Positions 1-11,304 of a stretch of 33,718 bases of DNA are shown one piece after another. A program made the translations under genes and the position numbers. The DNA lies in assembly GCA_000826855.1 (NCBI GenBank), contig JTLS01000082.1:1-33718 (forward strand). Reading direction: 5' to 3'. This DNA is from Basidioascus undulatus (taxonomy: Eukaryota). A model generated the notes under the pieces. It had not been told where the DNA came from. It saw nothing but the letters and a program-made list of their open reading frames with translations, and searched no databases. Numbering within the stretch: position 1 is the first letter of the stretch; each line of letters starts with the position of its first letter.

Positions 1-2698
1 GGCGGGGAAGGGCTTGACCGGGGGTAGCGGCACCTCGCCGTCGAGCTCGACGCTCGTGCGCGCGGACGAGCTGGAGGTCGGGGCCGCCTCGCTCAGAAGC
101 GTCGCCGCAGTCGAAACGGATGCGGAGGTATTGCTGGACGCATCGCGCGACATCGCCTGCCCGCCCTGCAGCCCGAGCTCGCGGAGTGCGGCCGCGCGCG
201 CGGAGGCCATGGGGATGGGGACATCGAGGGGGCTGTGCGGCAGGGGCGTGGAGCTGGCGATGGCGAGAGTCGCTGCGCGGGCGCGGGAGGAGGTGCGGAA
301 TGGGGAAGGGCCGGGAGAGGGCGTGACGGTGCGGAGGGAGTCGATGGAGAGTGGGGTGTCCGAGCGCGATCCGGGCAGGCCAGTCTCGTCCTCGTCGCGC
401 AGCCGGATCGCGCCAACCGCCGCGAGCTCCTCCTCTTCCTCCTCGTCCTCCGTGTCGTCCAGCTCCCCCAACTCCGCGACGTCCAGCACGCCGTCCTGCT
501 CGTACTTCTCCTTGAGGCAACTCAAGCTCGTCGCCTTGCGCCCGAGGAAGCTGAGCGTGTGCTTGCCGCGCCTCGTGCCGCGGCCCTGCGACTCGTCGAG
601 CGACGCCTCGCGCAAGCCCGCCGGGCCGCCCGTGAAGAGGATGTCCACGCCTTGCTCGCCCGACTTGATCGCGAGGCTCAAGCGTACACCCGCGACGCAC
701 TCAACGCCCGCGCGGTGGATGTCCGTCGCGGCGCGCAGTAGGCGCTGCTTGTCCGCGTCCTCCTCCTCATGCGCCGACTCGTCCGCGGCGAGGACCGCGC
801 GCGCAGCGGTAACTAGGGCGGTCGTCGCGACGTAGAGCTTCTCCCTGCCTTGCTCGAGCATGGCGATCTCCCGCGCGCGCTGCGTGCGGAGCGCCGCGTG
901 ACCTAGGACAGCCTCGACGACGGCGATGAGCTCGCGGACGCGGAAGACCGTCTCGCGTGTCATGTCGATGAGGTGGACGGTCGAGCTCGGGTGGCTGACG
1001 GTGGTGTGAGAATGCACGTGGCCGATGAAGGCCGCGACAATGCTGAGGAGCGAGTCGTGCGTGCCGCCGAGCGAGCGGAGGACGTCTGCAGCGTGGCGCG
1101 AGTGCGGGACGCCTGGCGTGCGCGGGCCGCCCGTGCTATCGGACGAGTCGGAGGACGTGTTGGACGCGAAGGAGTGTGGGCGCGAGGTCGGATACCGTCC
1201 GTGGGGGTAGGGGTGGCTGCTGCCCGGCATGAGCGGCGCGTACGAGCTGGAGGAGGACGTGGAGTCGACGGAGAACTTGCGCCCGTTGTGAGGTGGAGAG
1301 GACGGGGAGGAGAACGTCGAGGTGGTGGATACTGTGGAGACGCTGAACTTGCGGGCGCCCGTACGAGCGACTGAGTCGGAGCGAACCCGAGAGCGGAGGT
1401 CGGAGATGCTCTTCGAGCGGTCGGCGGTGCGGGGGAGGCCCGACGCGCGTTGGATGGGGGATTCGGGTTGCAAGGGGGGTCCGAAGAGCGAATCGGGCGT
1501 CTGGCGACCCATGAAACTCGAAGCTTGGCTGTTCGGCCTCGGCGTCCGCTCCTCCCACTCTCCACGACTCGGCATGGGCGTGCGGTCTGGCTCGACCTCG
1601 TCCTCGTACGACTCGCCCAGCGGGCCCTCTTCGATCTGACGTCCGCTCGACCGCCTCCGATCCGGCAGGCTTATCCCGCACTCCCTCGCTACGGCCAAGA
1701 ACCTCCGCACGTTGCTGAGCACGCCCGCGGCGAGACGCAACATCGCGTCCATCTCGGCGTCGCGCGTCTCCTCATCCTCCAACTCGCCCGACGCGAGACG
1801 CGCCTGGGCGACGAGGCGCGAGAGCTCGGAGAGGATGAGCTTGCGTTCGCGGGCGAGGGAGGGGAAGCGCTTGAGCGGCGGCGACTCGCGCGTGAGGCAG
1901 TCGGTCGCGGAGAGGACGGAGCGGACGGAGGAGATGACGCAGGCAGTTGAGGGCTGGAAGTGGGTGATGCGGCGGCTTCGCACGGCGCTCTGGAGGAGGG
2001 CGAGCGCGTGCAGGATGGGCTCCATGATGGGCGAGACGGCGCTCGCGCTCGTACTTGCGCTCGCGCTGGAGTACAAGCTCGCGGTGGGCGAAGCGGGCGC
2101 GAGGTAGAGCGAGGCGGGGTTCGGGGGAGATGAGGGCGAGAGCGAGGTCGCGGTCGAAGCGGCGACCGACGCGCCGTAGAGGCGGACGTTTGAGGAGCGA
2201 CGGGAGAGCACAGGCGACGGAGACTGCGAAGATCGAAGATGCAATATCGAAGCGTCAGCGGAAATGAAAACGGCAAAACAGCAAGCGCGCAGCGCGCCAG
2301 GCACATGACGACAGGAACCCCACGGAACGTCCACCAACGGGCCGTCCTGCCCACCGTCCGCGCCTTGTGCAACGCTTGCGCGGGGACCCCAGACCGGCTG
2401 CAGTGCCAAATGATACCCAGTCCCGAACCCATATTCCCGGATCGCCAGCAAATTTCGACTCGGGAACGAGGAGACCCACCCTGCTCGAATTGGTCTCCAG
2501 CGTTGTCACGTAGTTCATGGGCAACCAGCCGCGGTGGCCATCCACCTCGCCATCCCACCATCCCGACGCATCCTGATTGTAGACCTTGATGATCTGCCCG
2601 GCGCGGAGCGAGAGGCAGGTCGTGTTGCCGGACTGCGGCTCGAAGTCGTGCAGCGCCTGGACGAAGATGGTGTCGTGGAGGGGTGAGGGCGGGCGCAT
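1..2698 (-). CDS. SH3-domain Ras guanine-nucleotide exchange factor (Cdc25/Bud5-like), 5' part; continues beyond the left edge of the window
   Basis: Exon 1 (2698-2480) encodes an SH3 domain: FVQALHDFEPQ...LSLRAGQIIKVYNQDASGWWDGEVDGHRGWLPMNYV. Intron 2479-2224 has a GTGGGT donor, CTGAC branch and GCAG acceptor. Exon 2 from 2223 reads open in the stretches translated toward position 1, including MEPILHALALLQSAVRSRRITHFQPSTACVISSVRSVLSATDCLTRES, a segment I recognise from fungal SH3-RasGEFs. The catalytic domain is not in the window, so the GEF call is by family recognition. Confidence 0.8.
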
Positions 2699-2816
2699 GG
2701 TGGTCAACAGTCGAGTTGGAGGAGTGGGGGCTGGGGAGGGAGTGGGAGTGGGAGAGCGCGAGCGCGTGATGTTGGTGTGCTGGATGAATGGGATGCCGGA
2801 GATGGCGGTGATGGGG

Positions 2817-2905
2817 CTGTAGGTGAAATGCGAGGATCGCTCGTCAGCTGGCTGTGACGCTCGCTCGTCCTCCGACACGGACGGGAAAGATCAGGAGCAA
2901 CTTAC
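2817..2905 (-). other. Putative 5'-UTR intron of the SH3-RasGEF gene
   Basis: Minus strand shows a GTAAGT donor at 2905-2900, a GCTGAC branch near 2845 and an ACAG acceptor ending at 2817, upstream of the ATG at 2698. Confidence 0.55.
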
Positions 2906-5548
2906 TTGGGCCGGAGTGGGAATGGCGGTGTCTGGCCGAAGAGAGAAGAGCAAGACTTGTCGCGGGGACCTGCCCTGGACGCGTGCTCGTTCGCCTAGGT
3001 GTGGTCGATTGGGTAGGGAGAGAAAAGGGGGAAACGAACGGGGAGATTGTCGGTAAAGTATAGCAAGAATGACCGGCCTGTAGACACTCCCCGGAGTGAG
3101 AACGAGAGCGGCTACAACCGTCAGCCTGGCGCGGTGGTGGGGGGAGGACAAGGCGCGTACATACGCACCGCACCCGAAGGCTGTCCAGTCCAGTCCAGTC
3201 CAGCGTTCCCGCGCGCGCGCAGGGGGTGTCCGTGCGAGGTGCGACGGCAGGGGAGGTTCGCCGCGCTAGGCTGTCTGGCAAACGGGGGCTGCGGGCGCTG
3301 ATCCCGCGTCGGTCAAATGAAATGCTCCGCACTAGCGGCTGCGCCTTGGCCGCTCGGAGTCGGGCGTAGGTGTTGCCGGCGGAGGGGGGGAGATGGGGAT
3401 CGCGCGCTCGTCGACGAGGAGGTGGTGGTCGATGATAAACAGGCGAAAGCAGGCCCACAGCGAGGCGGGAAGGGGAGCCGTTGTGGCTGGAGGCCGGGCT
3501 GGCTGGCAAGTGAATGGGACACACGCGTCAGCACGCGACGCGAATCGCTCTCCTGCGAATTGAGTTAAAAGCGCGCACATCTCGAGGAATGCCGCACGCC
3601 AGGCACGCACGCCAGGCATAGAATGGAACGGGCCCAACAAACAAACAATACACACTGACACACTGACCTATCCCAACGGCGACCACGACGAGCGCAACAG
3701 CGAGCAAGACGTGGACGATGAGCGTGGCAGGGCGGCCAATGTGCGAAAAATCCCAGGCCACCAATTAGCAGGCCGAACTTCGCGGCGGCAACACTAATAT
3801 CACTGAGGGTCGACAGCATTCCAATGTCTTGCATGGATTGCGCAGTGCTGCACCTTCATTTCTTGCGAGCCACGCTCACAGCCAGTTAATGAAGATTTGT
3901 ATTACGCCATTGAATGCCTCTCTTCCAGGCCACTCTCAGACTACACTCCAAGCCAAGTGGATACAGCTCCCTGATGGCGACCCCAAATACCTCCGCACCA
4001 AGTCCGAAGTTCCACAAGCAGCGTAGCGTACAGCCCTTCCGGTCAAGTTGCGTCCGGCGGGCAACACTCCTCCTGTACCACGCTCATAGCCAACGTAAAG
4101 TGACAACTGCAAGATTGAATGCTTTCACACAAAACGCATTTACAATGTCGACGGTGATGGACAATGGACAATAATCAGCGCGCAGTCGCTCATGCACCAT
4201 GTCCGTGCCCCGCCCCTCACTGCCGCCCAATTCGAGTCGTCTTCAAGTGTTGTTCTTTCTGTATCCGCTGCAGGACCTCCTCAGGGGCCCACATTAATCC
4301 ATCGCGTACACCCAGTTCCGGGCGCCCATCTCACCGAGTCCACGGGCCTGGGACCTCCATCCCTGTGAACAACTGCGGCCCAGCTCTCATATGGCGAGCA
4401 CACTGCTCAGTGCCCATGTTAACTTTTCCCTCTTGCGTAACTACCCACGGGTAAGGTTGAGTACAGGGCGCTGGATCTTAAAACAGCCCAACCCATCACT
4501 AGCGTTTCACTCCGACATTCGCCTCTTCTTCAACTTCGACCCAACGAGGGCTCGGGCCCTCCCCCGCTCCCCGCGCGTCGACGTCGAAGTACGAACAGGT
4601 CCTGGATCCGGAACCTTGTTGAATGGATATTAGCCTTAATTATGGGGTGGATGGTAGGTGAACAAGTTGGTGTTTTGGTTGTTTGATAGGGGTGAGTGGG
4701 GGGATAGGGGGACGATGCAATGCGGCGGGGGCATGTTGCGAGGAAGTTGGCGAGAGGAGTGTACGATGGACCGAGGACGAGGAGAAGGCATGGAGGTGGA
4801 GTACCGAACTGGGAGAATGTAACGAGGGGAATTGAGGAGGACGAGAATGTATTCGTTAGGGGTGCTCGGGAGCACAAGAAGACGGGGGGATGTCAGACGG
4901 CCGTTGAAGGTGCTTGCAGCGTTTTCAGAACGCCGGAAGTCCACGCTGTGCCTCGCTCGCTAGGACTTCTTGGATCTATAAAGCCTCTGTAAAGCGTCGA
5001 AATACATCGGTGTAATGCACATCCCTGATATCTGAAAATGAGCTCAACCTCCCGGTAGTGAGCTGCTAGCAGCTACGCGGCCCTCCGGGACGCTGAGTGC
5101 CAGTGAAAGCTGCATCGCGGCCCAATATCAATGTAGCTGACCGTCCGAAAGCATGTCACTCTCTAACGAATTTCAAGCTTTGTAGTATCTTTAGCCCAAT
5201 AGAGCAACCGTGGGTTTTCTCACCGCCGCGTTCTACGGTAAATACAGACTGCCAGCAGGGCACCTGCCTGCATCAGGATGCCGCGTCGTCTCTTAGTATC
5301 ACCGGTAACGGTCCCGCATATCTCTGTTTTGGATGTTTCTGGAGATGTCTGTGGAGGACTTCATCCCCAAGCCATGCGTTGTGAAGCGCTGCTGTGTCCC
5401 GAGCCGCCGCACAGTCATCGTAGCACCCGAATTGCACCAGCTTGCGTGTACATCCCCTAATACAACAACAGAAACAACAACACCGTGCCTCATCCACCTT
5501 CTTCTTTCCGCGCACAACACATCGCGCACCTCCTCTCCCTTCCATCCC

Positions 5549-6754
5549 TCACCCCGCCATCCCCCTCAGCCTCTTCCAGAACCACCACCTCAATCCCGCC
5601 CCCTCACCGCCTTGCCTTCCTTCCCTGCCCTCCTGCCCCACCGGCGCCGGATCGACCGCATCGGGGGGCAACAGCCCAAGCGTCTCGAGCACATACAGCG
5701 GCAGTGGTAGGAGCATCCTCCTCCCGCTCCCTGCGCCCTGGGCATGTTCCAGCGCCCTCGCGAGCGCCCGCACGCCCCGCTCCTCCGCGTCGGGGTCCCA
5801 CAGCGTGGGGGTGGGGGTCGTGTCCCCGGGTCGAGGCGTGCGGGTGCCTTCTTCAGAAGGGAAGTCGGAGGAGGGAGAGAGGGAGGGGAAGGAGGAAGGG
5901 GAGGCTTCTGCCAAAAGCTGCAGCGTCTCTTCCTCGACGCCCATCCACCGCCGGAGGAGGCCGCTGAGGAAGACGCGCTCGCCCGGCAGGCCTGTCGATG
6001 CGGGAGGGACGCTTCGTGCGCGCTGGGCGCGCTGGGCGTGAGGGGGTGGACGCCCACGACGCCGGGTGGAGGAGCAAGATGAGGCGGTTGCGGATGCGCG
6101 GGCGGCCCAGCGGCGAGAAGTGGAAATGCCTGCGGCGCGCCGGGGGAGGGACAGCGCGTGGAGGGAGTGCCGGAGGTCGAGTTCGTCGTCTTCCTCCGCC
6201 GCTGCGGCGGGGGAGGGTGAGGGAGACGAGATGGACGTGGAAGCAGATGCATCCTGCACCCTCCTCAGCGCCTCCCTCGTGAGCCGCTCTCCCCCCGGAC
6301 GGCTCGCAGTGGAGCGTCTCGGCGGGCGCATCCCCCGCGGTAGCGGGGGCGGCGAGTGGGTGAGGCTCTCGAGGTCCGTCCCGATCCCCGACGTGGGGAG
6401 GCTCACGCGGTCCAGATCGAACTCGCCCTCCTCAAACTCCCCCTCTTCCTCCTCGGTGGAGACCCCCGCGCCCGCGGAGGAGAGCGGCGCGCGCAGCACC
6501 CCGCCGCCCCGGAAGACGCCCGTCCCGTCGTGCTGGATGAAAGACCAGTCCGCCTCGACGCTGACGTCGGCGTCCCGCCGCGGGTGGGGGAAGAGGATCG
6601 TGGGCTCGTCGTCGATGGCTGCGGGCAACTGTGTGTGTGTTGATGTTGATGCTCCTGCGGAGGGGTTCGAGTGTGCCGTGGGGGAGTGGTGTGTGTAGGC
6701 GGGCGGATCGGGGGAGGAGAGCCGCCGGTGCGGGGGGCGCGCGTAGAGCGCCAT
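5549..6754 (-). CDS. Hypothetical low-complexity protein (~401 aa)
   Basis: Single long GC-rich ORF from ATG 6754 (MALYARPP...) to ...LRWWFWKRLRGMAG*, with acidic and Ser-rich tracts. A pyrimidine-rich leader lies upstream. No recognisable domain. Confidence 0.7.
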   Translation of the reverse strand: MALYARPPHRRLSSPDPPAYTHHSPTAHSNPSAGASTSTHTQLPAAIDDEPTILFPHPRRDADVSVEADWSFIQHDGTGVFRGGGVLRAPLSSAGAGVSTEEEEGEFEEGEFDLDRVSLPTSGIGTDLESLTHSPPPLPRGMRPPRRSTASRPGGERLTREALRRVQDASASTSISSPSPSPAAAAEEDDELDLRHSLHALSLPRRAAGISTSRRWAARASATASSCSSTRRRGRPPPHAQRAQRARSVPPASTGLPGERVFLSGLLRRWMGVEEETLQLLAEASPSSFPSLSPSSDFPSEEGTRTPRPGDTTPTPTLWDPDAEERGVRALARALEHAQGAGSGRRMLLPLPLYVLETLGLLPPDAVDPAPVGQEGREGRQGGEGAGLRWWFWKRLRGMAG

Positions 6755-7941
6755 GATCGGAGGAATGTGGATGGGGAGAAAGATTAGTGAATGTGGGTGG
6801 ATATGGGGCTGATGGATGATGGGAACGCGGATGAGGATGGCAAGGCGCGAAGACGATGGTCGATGACTGAAAGGGATAAGGATGTTCCCACCGAGCTCGA
6901 GTCTCACCCCTCCTAGCATATGGCGTTCGCGTGATCGTCCGCTCGCTGCTGACGCCACTCTGACTCTGCAAGTTCGTCTTTCGCACATGCGCACGCTTCT
7001 TACTTTCGTAAGCGTATCTTGACGACGCTATCAGATACATGAGAATCTTCAGATGTATTAACAAAGGGAAGCGAGCATGCCGCAGACGAGACGCAGCTAT
7101 CATGCTTGACAGCGACAGCGACAGGTCGATGATAAGAGCGATAAGGGGCGTGGGAAAGTGCCACAGCCCAACGAGACGTTCTCCTGCAGCGGACGGACAC
7201 GTAGTATGCTCTCGTATTCACAAAAGAAAATGAATTTTGGCACGGTACAGTAGTTTTCAAGTGGGGATGCGGGGGGAAAGCGCTCCCGGTTTCCACCCTG
7301 GCTTGCAGTATTGGACAAGAGAACAAGGCGCCTGCAAACGTCGATCGGCCTTCCACAGCCCGAACAATTGCACTTGTGCCGTTGGATCAACAATAATTGA
7401 AGTTAGGAGCATATTCCTTTGTGTCAAATGGGCTGTGGTGGTAGCATACGATTCCTATCCCTGTCTGAGCGTTGCTCGCCGCCACAGAGTGTTCCGGCTA
7501 GGACGATACTGCTGAAGTGCAGCTTCTGATACAGGTCTATATAATGGTAATTTTTTTCTCTTAAGATTTGATTCATAGATATCAGCATATTTCACATAAA
7601 CGGAGTCGCGAGACGAGTCCTCGGAATGCCGAACCCGTTCTGCTTCAACGACACGTTCGCAGTCGAGGTGGAGCTAGGCTTTTTCACCAGCCCGTTGGGC
7701 AAAACATAGGTCCATGAGATCAGCGTGTCAAGAAAGATTGACTCACACTCTGCCATCCTCAGTTCCGTCTTTCAGCAGCCGAGTTGCAATGTGTGTGTCT
7801 CGAAAAGAGGCTCTCAGAAGATAGAAAAGGTCGTGATCGCCCATAAATTTCCTCCAGCCCTTTGTACTATGATCTTTGTCCCATTCGATTATGACTGATT
7901 CGACGGCTGAAGGAGCGTTCCGTCACTCAGGCTATTCGCCG

Positions 7942-9008
7942 ATGTTCCGACAATCCGTCTTCCCTTCTCCCCAACACCTCGCCTTCTTCTCTTCGAACTG
8001 ACGGCGTCTTCATACTCTCGTCGATTCGCCAGAGACCAAGGCTGCCCGAGCAGCTCTCAGCACCAGCGTACGCATACCAGCGCTTCTCGCAGCGGCGTCT
8101 GCCCTTCGAAACGGCGTCGTTTGTCGCCTGTCAAAAGCGTAGAGCGCTCGCCAGAGTACAGCCTCTTCAGCGCTGTCTACTGCCTCGTCTTCACCGACCA
8201 CATCCGCTGGGCAGCCAAGTTCTCGCTCGGGCTCGAAAAGACTCAGAACGTGGAGAACCACTCTCCGGAGGACATGGCTGCGGAGGTGTCGTTCCTGCGC
8301 TATGCTGAGCGGGCGCTGCCGGGGCTGCCTGTGCCGCGGGTGCACGCGTACAAGCCGGAGGGGCGGGAGGTCGGAGCGGGGTATGTTTTGATGGACTGGG
8401 TGGGGGACAAACATGTCAACTGGAGAAAGGAGGAGCTTCCGCTAGAGACGCGCCGGAAGATCGTCGATCAGCTCGCAGAATTCCTCATTGAGCTTGTCTA
8501 CGGCACCAACCGGCCTCTGTCCGCGTCCGCCTGCCTGACGTAGGATATGGACGGCCGTATCCTCCGCCGCTGCAGAGGGCGCGGACCGACCGGCTTCGAC
8601 CTGCACGACTTCCTCATCCTCCGCGCGCTGCTAGGCGAAACCATACCGCCAGAGCTCGGGCCCTTTCCCCGTCCTGCAGAACGACTCCACTACGGGAACG
8701 TGTTTTGGAACAAGAGCCAGGCAAGTTTCGGCGCTTTCATGATCTCCATCGCCCGTCCATCTTCGCCCAATTGAACCCATTCAATGACCTCCTCATTTCC
8801 GTTCCCCCACCCATCCTTTCTGCTCCTCACTCCCGCTAATTGCCGCGACGCATGTGCAAGGGCGCAGCTCGGCGCTCGTCAAAGAGTCAAAGAGCAGGTC
8901 GCGGTGGTGATGCTCGACATCTGGGGCGACGGCACGAGGGATGGGTTGGATGTGAATGTAGAGGGGGGAGAGTCGATGAGGGGCAGGAGCCGAAGAATGC
9001 GGATGTGA
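7942..9008 (+). pseudogene. APH/protein-kinase-like phosphotransferase pseudogene
   Basis: Motifs IPALLAAASALRNGVVC, LVFTDHIRWAAKF, EVSFLRY, LPVPRVHAY, GYVLMDWV and RKIVDQLAEFL resemble fungal APH-like kinases. Lesions: in-frame TGA 7999-8001, frameshift ~8130-8140, TAG 8541-8543, and a scrambled catalytic loop near 8665-8700. The 3' end is approximate. Confidence 0.75.
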
Positions 9009-10460
9009 GCGATGAGACGTAGTACCCGAGCGCAGGCGTCGGTGCTAGCCCTTCCAGGCTCTGGCCACCGAAATCTTCGAGCAGAAAATCTAGAGCAGAC
9101 TGTTAGACACGCCGCGATGAGATGTCTACGCGGATTCTGAAAACCCTTGGCCATGCCGGCGAGCGTACCTTGTCTTCCACCATCCGGTTTGCTCCTTCCG
9201 CGCGCACTCCGCGCACCAGTCGATCGTCAGAATGCGTGCAAGCCGTCGCTCGCTAAAGTACGAAGGTGGAGCGGGCCATGCCGGCTCGTGAAGCGCACGG
9301 GCCCCAACCTCCAGATCCTGCATGTCACAAGTTAAGACGCTCAGATATGTCCAGGGAGAGCATCAAGACTATCCTGAGTTATTCCTTACCAAAAATTAGA
9401 CTTACCTTTCGTCTTTGAGGAGTCGTGGACCGACCGGCAGATGGTTGCGGGCCTGTGCAAGTCCCTCGGTATGGGCGTACGAGAGCACGCGGGCCAGAAT
9501 CTCCTTTCCCAGGAGGTTGAAGGAAGGTCTTTCTCCAGACATTGGAAGTTTGGCTGAGGGACTGTGACTGGGTACCGGCGAACTTGGAGTTGGGGAGAGC
9601 GGATGAGGAGGGCTCCACTGAATCCGCTAGGTCACCATCTATCCCGCAAGGTTTCTTCTGCTGTTTCCCATCTCGCTGAACTCCCAAAGTTTCGTGTCCT
9701 CTACTCTCTATAACCACTTTACTCTTTCAAGGAAGGAGCGTTTCTGAAAGCCCAGAAGCCCACGGACTTCAATCACAACGTTTACTTTTCCCGAATGTTC
9801 AGAAGCAGCACTTGAAGGAGCGACCGAGAGCTCTATGCAGAGCCGCAGGTATTGCCCCACGATGCCTACGCCAGTGCACTACGAGCCGGTTCCCGTTGCA
9901 GCACTACAATAGATAAATCGAGCGTCGGAGGATGGGCTTCGCAAGTACAAGGGCGAGCCGGGCATACCAACTGCATCGGGTAGAACCTGACATTCAATTC
10001 AAGTTTGCCTTGCCCTTCAGGACAGGTTCGAAAAGCCCATCGAATCTCGAGATTTCCTTTTCTTTCTAGTGAACAGAATCTTCTAAAGGAGCCAAGAGCA
10101 TCTCAACAGTTGTTCATCGTCGTTCAGCGCCAGTTGTGTGTTAAGTCCCTGCCTCCCTACATCGCCGACATTCACACCTGTTGATGAATATCACCGACAA
10201 AGTTCATTTGCCGCCGGCTGGGGGCCATGGGAGTTTGCGCGTCTGCCAAGTCAAAGGAGCCCGTCAGTCATAAACAGCATCCGCTAGCTCGTTTCTGGGT
10301 GGTGTCCGTTCAGGAAGGATCGCCTCTTGAACAAGCCGCCTCGTCTGTTTTCCGTTTCCCTCTACCCACCACCATCTCTTACCCTCCATCTCGCTCTAAG
10401 CTTCGAGCCCACCCTCCTTACCCACTCCAAAGTAACCCAACCCTACCCACCTCGCACGCT

Positions 10461-10753
10461 ATGCGTCTCCTCGCGATCCTCGCCCTCGCCGCGGCCGCCA
10501 GCGCTGCTCCCCTCTTCGCCCAGGAGGCGGAATGGCACCCGCATTCGTCTCGCCACCATCACGGGAGCAGCGGTCCCGAGAGCATGTCTTCGGTCCAGGA
10601 CCACAGGCCTTACTGAGTGGGTGTAGGGGACGAAGGTGAGCTTGGTGTCCCCTTGCTTGGGGGAAAAGGCTACAGTCTGACGAGGCTATCGCAGACCGTC
10701 GTCGTTCTGTCGCAAACCGATTGGGGGACCCAAATTCAACACCAAGATTATAG
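10461..10753 (+). CDS. Small secreted His-rich peptide (51 aa to TGA 10614-10616), possibly a truncated pseudogene
   Basis: Clear signal peptide MRLLAILALAAAASAAP followed by EAEWHPHSSRHHHG. After the TGA the frame continues (VGVGDE) across a canonical intron 10636-10694 (GTGAGC...CTGAC...GCAG) to TAG 10751-10753. Confidence 0.55.
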
Positions 10754-11304
10754 ACCCAAATTTTACATAACAATGTCCCCTATATATCTGGACCCGTAAT
10801 CCCTCTCCCTAATACCCTTGTCTTCGCTGGATCTATCGCAATGTTGCATCTCGTTCAATGTTGACCGTTCTCGCCTTAGCCTGTAACCTGTTATATCTGT
10901 TAACCATCCCTAGGCTGTGGACCGTTGCATCGCATGCTCTACCTGAATCCTGAAATGCCTGCCAAATGAAGACGGTTCATACTCGCAGTCGGTTGAAAAT
11001 ACAGCATCGCAGTCGCGGTGACACTTGTGCGTGCGGACGGCGGAGACTTGGCACGGGAAAATGGCGAGGACAGTGCAAGTAATATAAACGAAACAGTAAA
11101 TAATGAAGAGATTTGAAGAGACGTTACGTAGAGTTCTGACCGTCCGCCTTCACAGGACCTCAGCGAGACCTGCGTACAGCGTCAAGAGTTCGTGGCACGC
11201 ATACGACAATCCTTTAAGTGATTGTAGTGCGCATCATGGGCTCACAGGTTATGCGAATAGGTCTATGCGATCCACGAGATCCCTCTATCCGTTCCCTCCG
11301 TACT

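Noticed and set aside
14..2107. Long plus-strand ORFs (14-835, 1450-1950, 1712-2107 and others)
   Set aside because: Antisense shadows of the GC-rich RasGEF exon; no independent motifs.
3183..3203. (GTCCA)4 microsatellite and other short direct repeats at 3590-3670
   Set aside because: Simple repeats in a promoter region; no spacer structure, and not CRISPR-like.
5181..5190. TGTAGTATCT, matching the U2 snRNA branch-point recognition region
   Set aside because: Only 10 nt match; flanking U2 stem-loop sequences are absent.
5442..6698. Overlapping plus-strand ORFs of 100-210 aa
   Set aside because: Shadow frames of the minus-strand GC-rich gene.
9379..9717. 112-aa minus-strand ORF with a GTAAGT donor-like site near its end
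   Set aside because: No recognisable domain or partner exons; cannot be supported as a gene.
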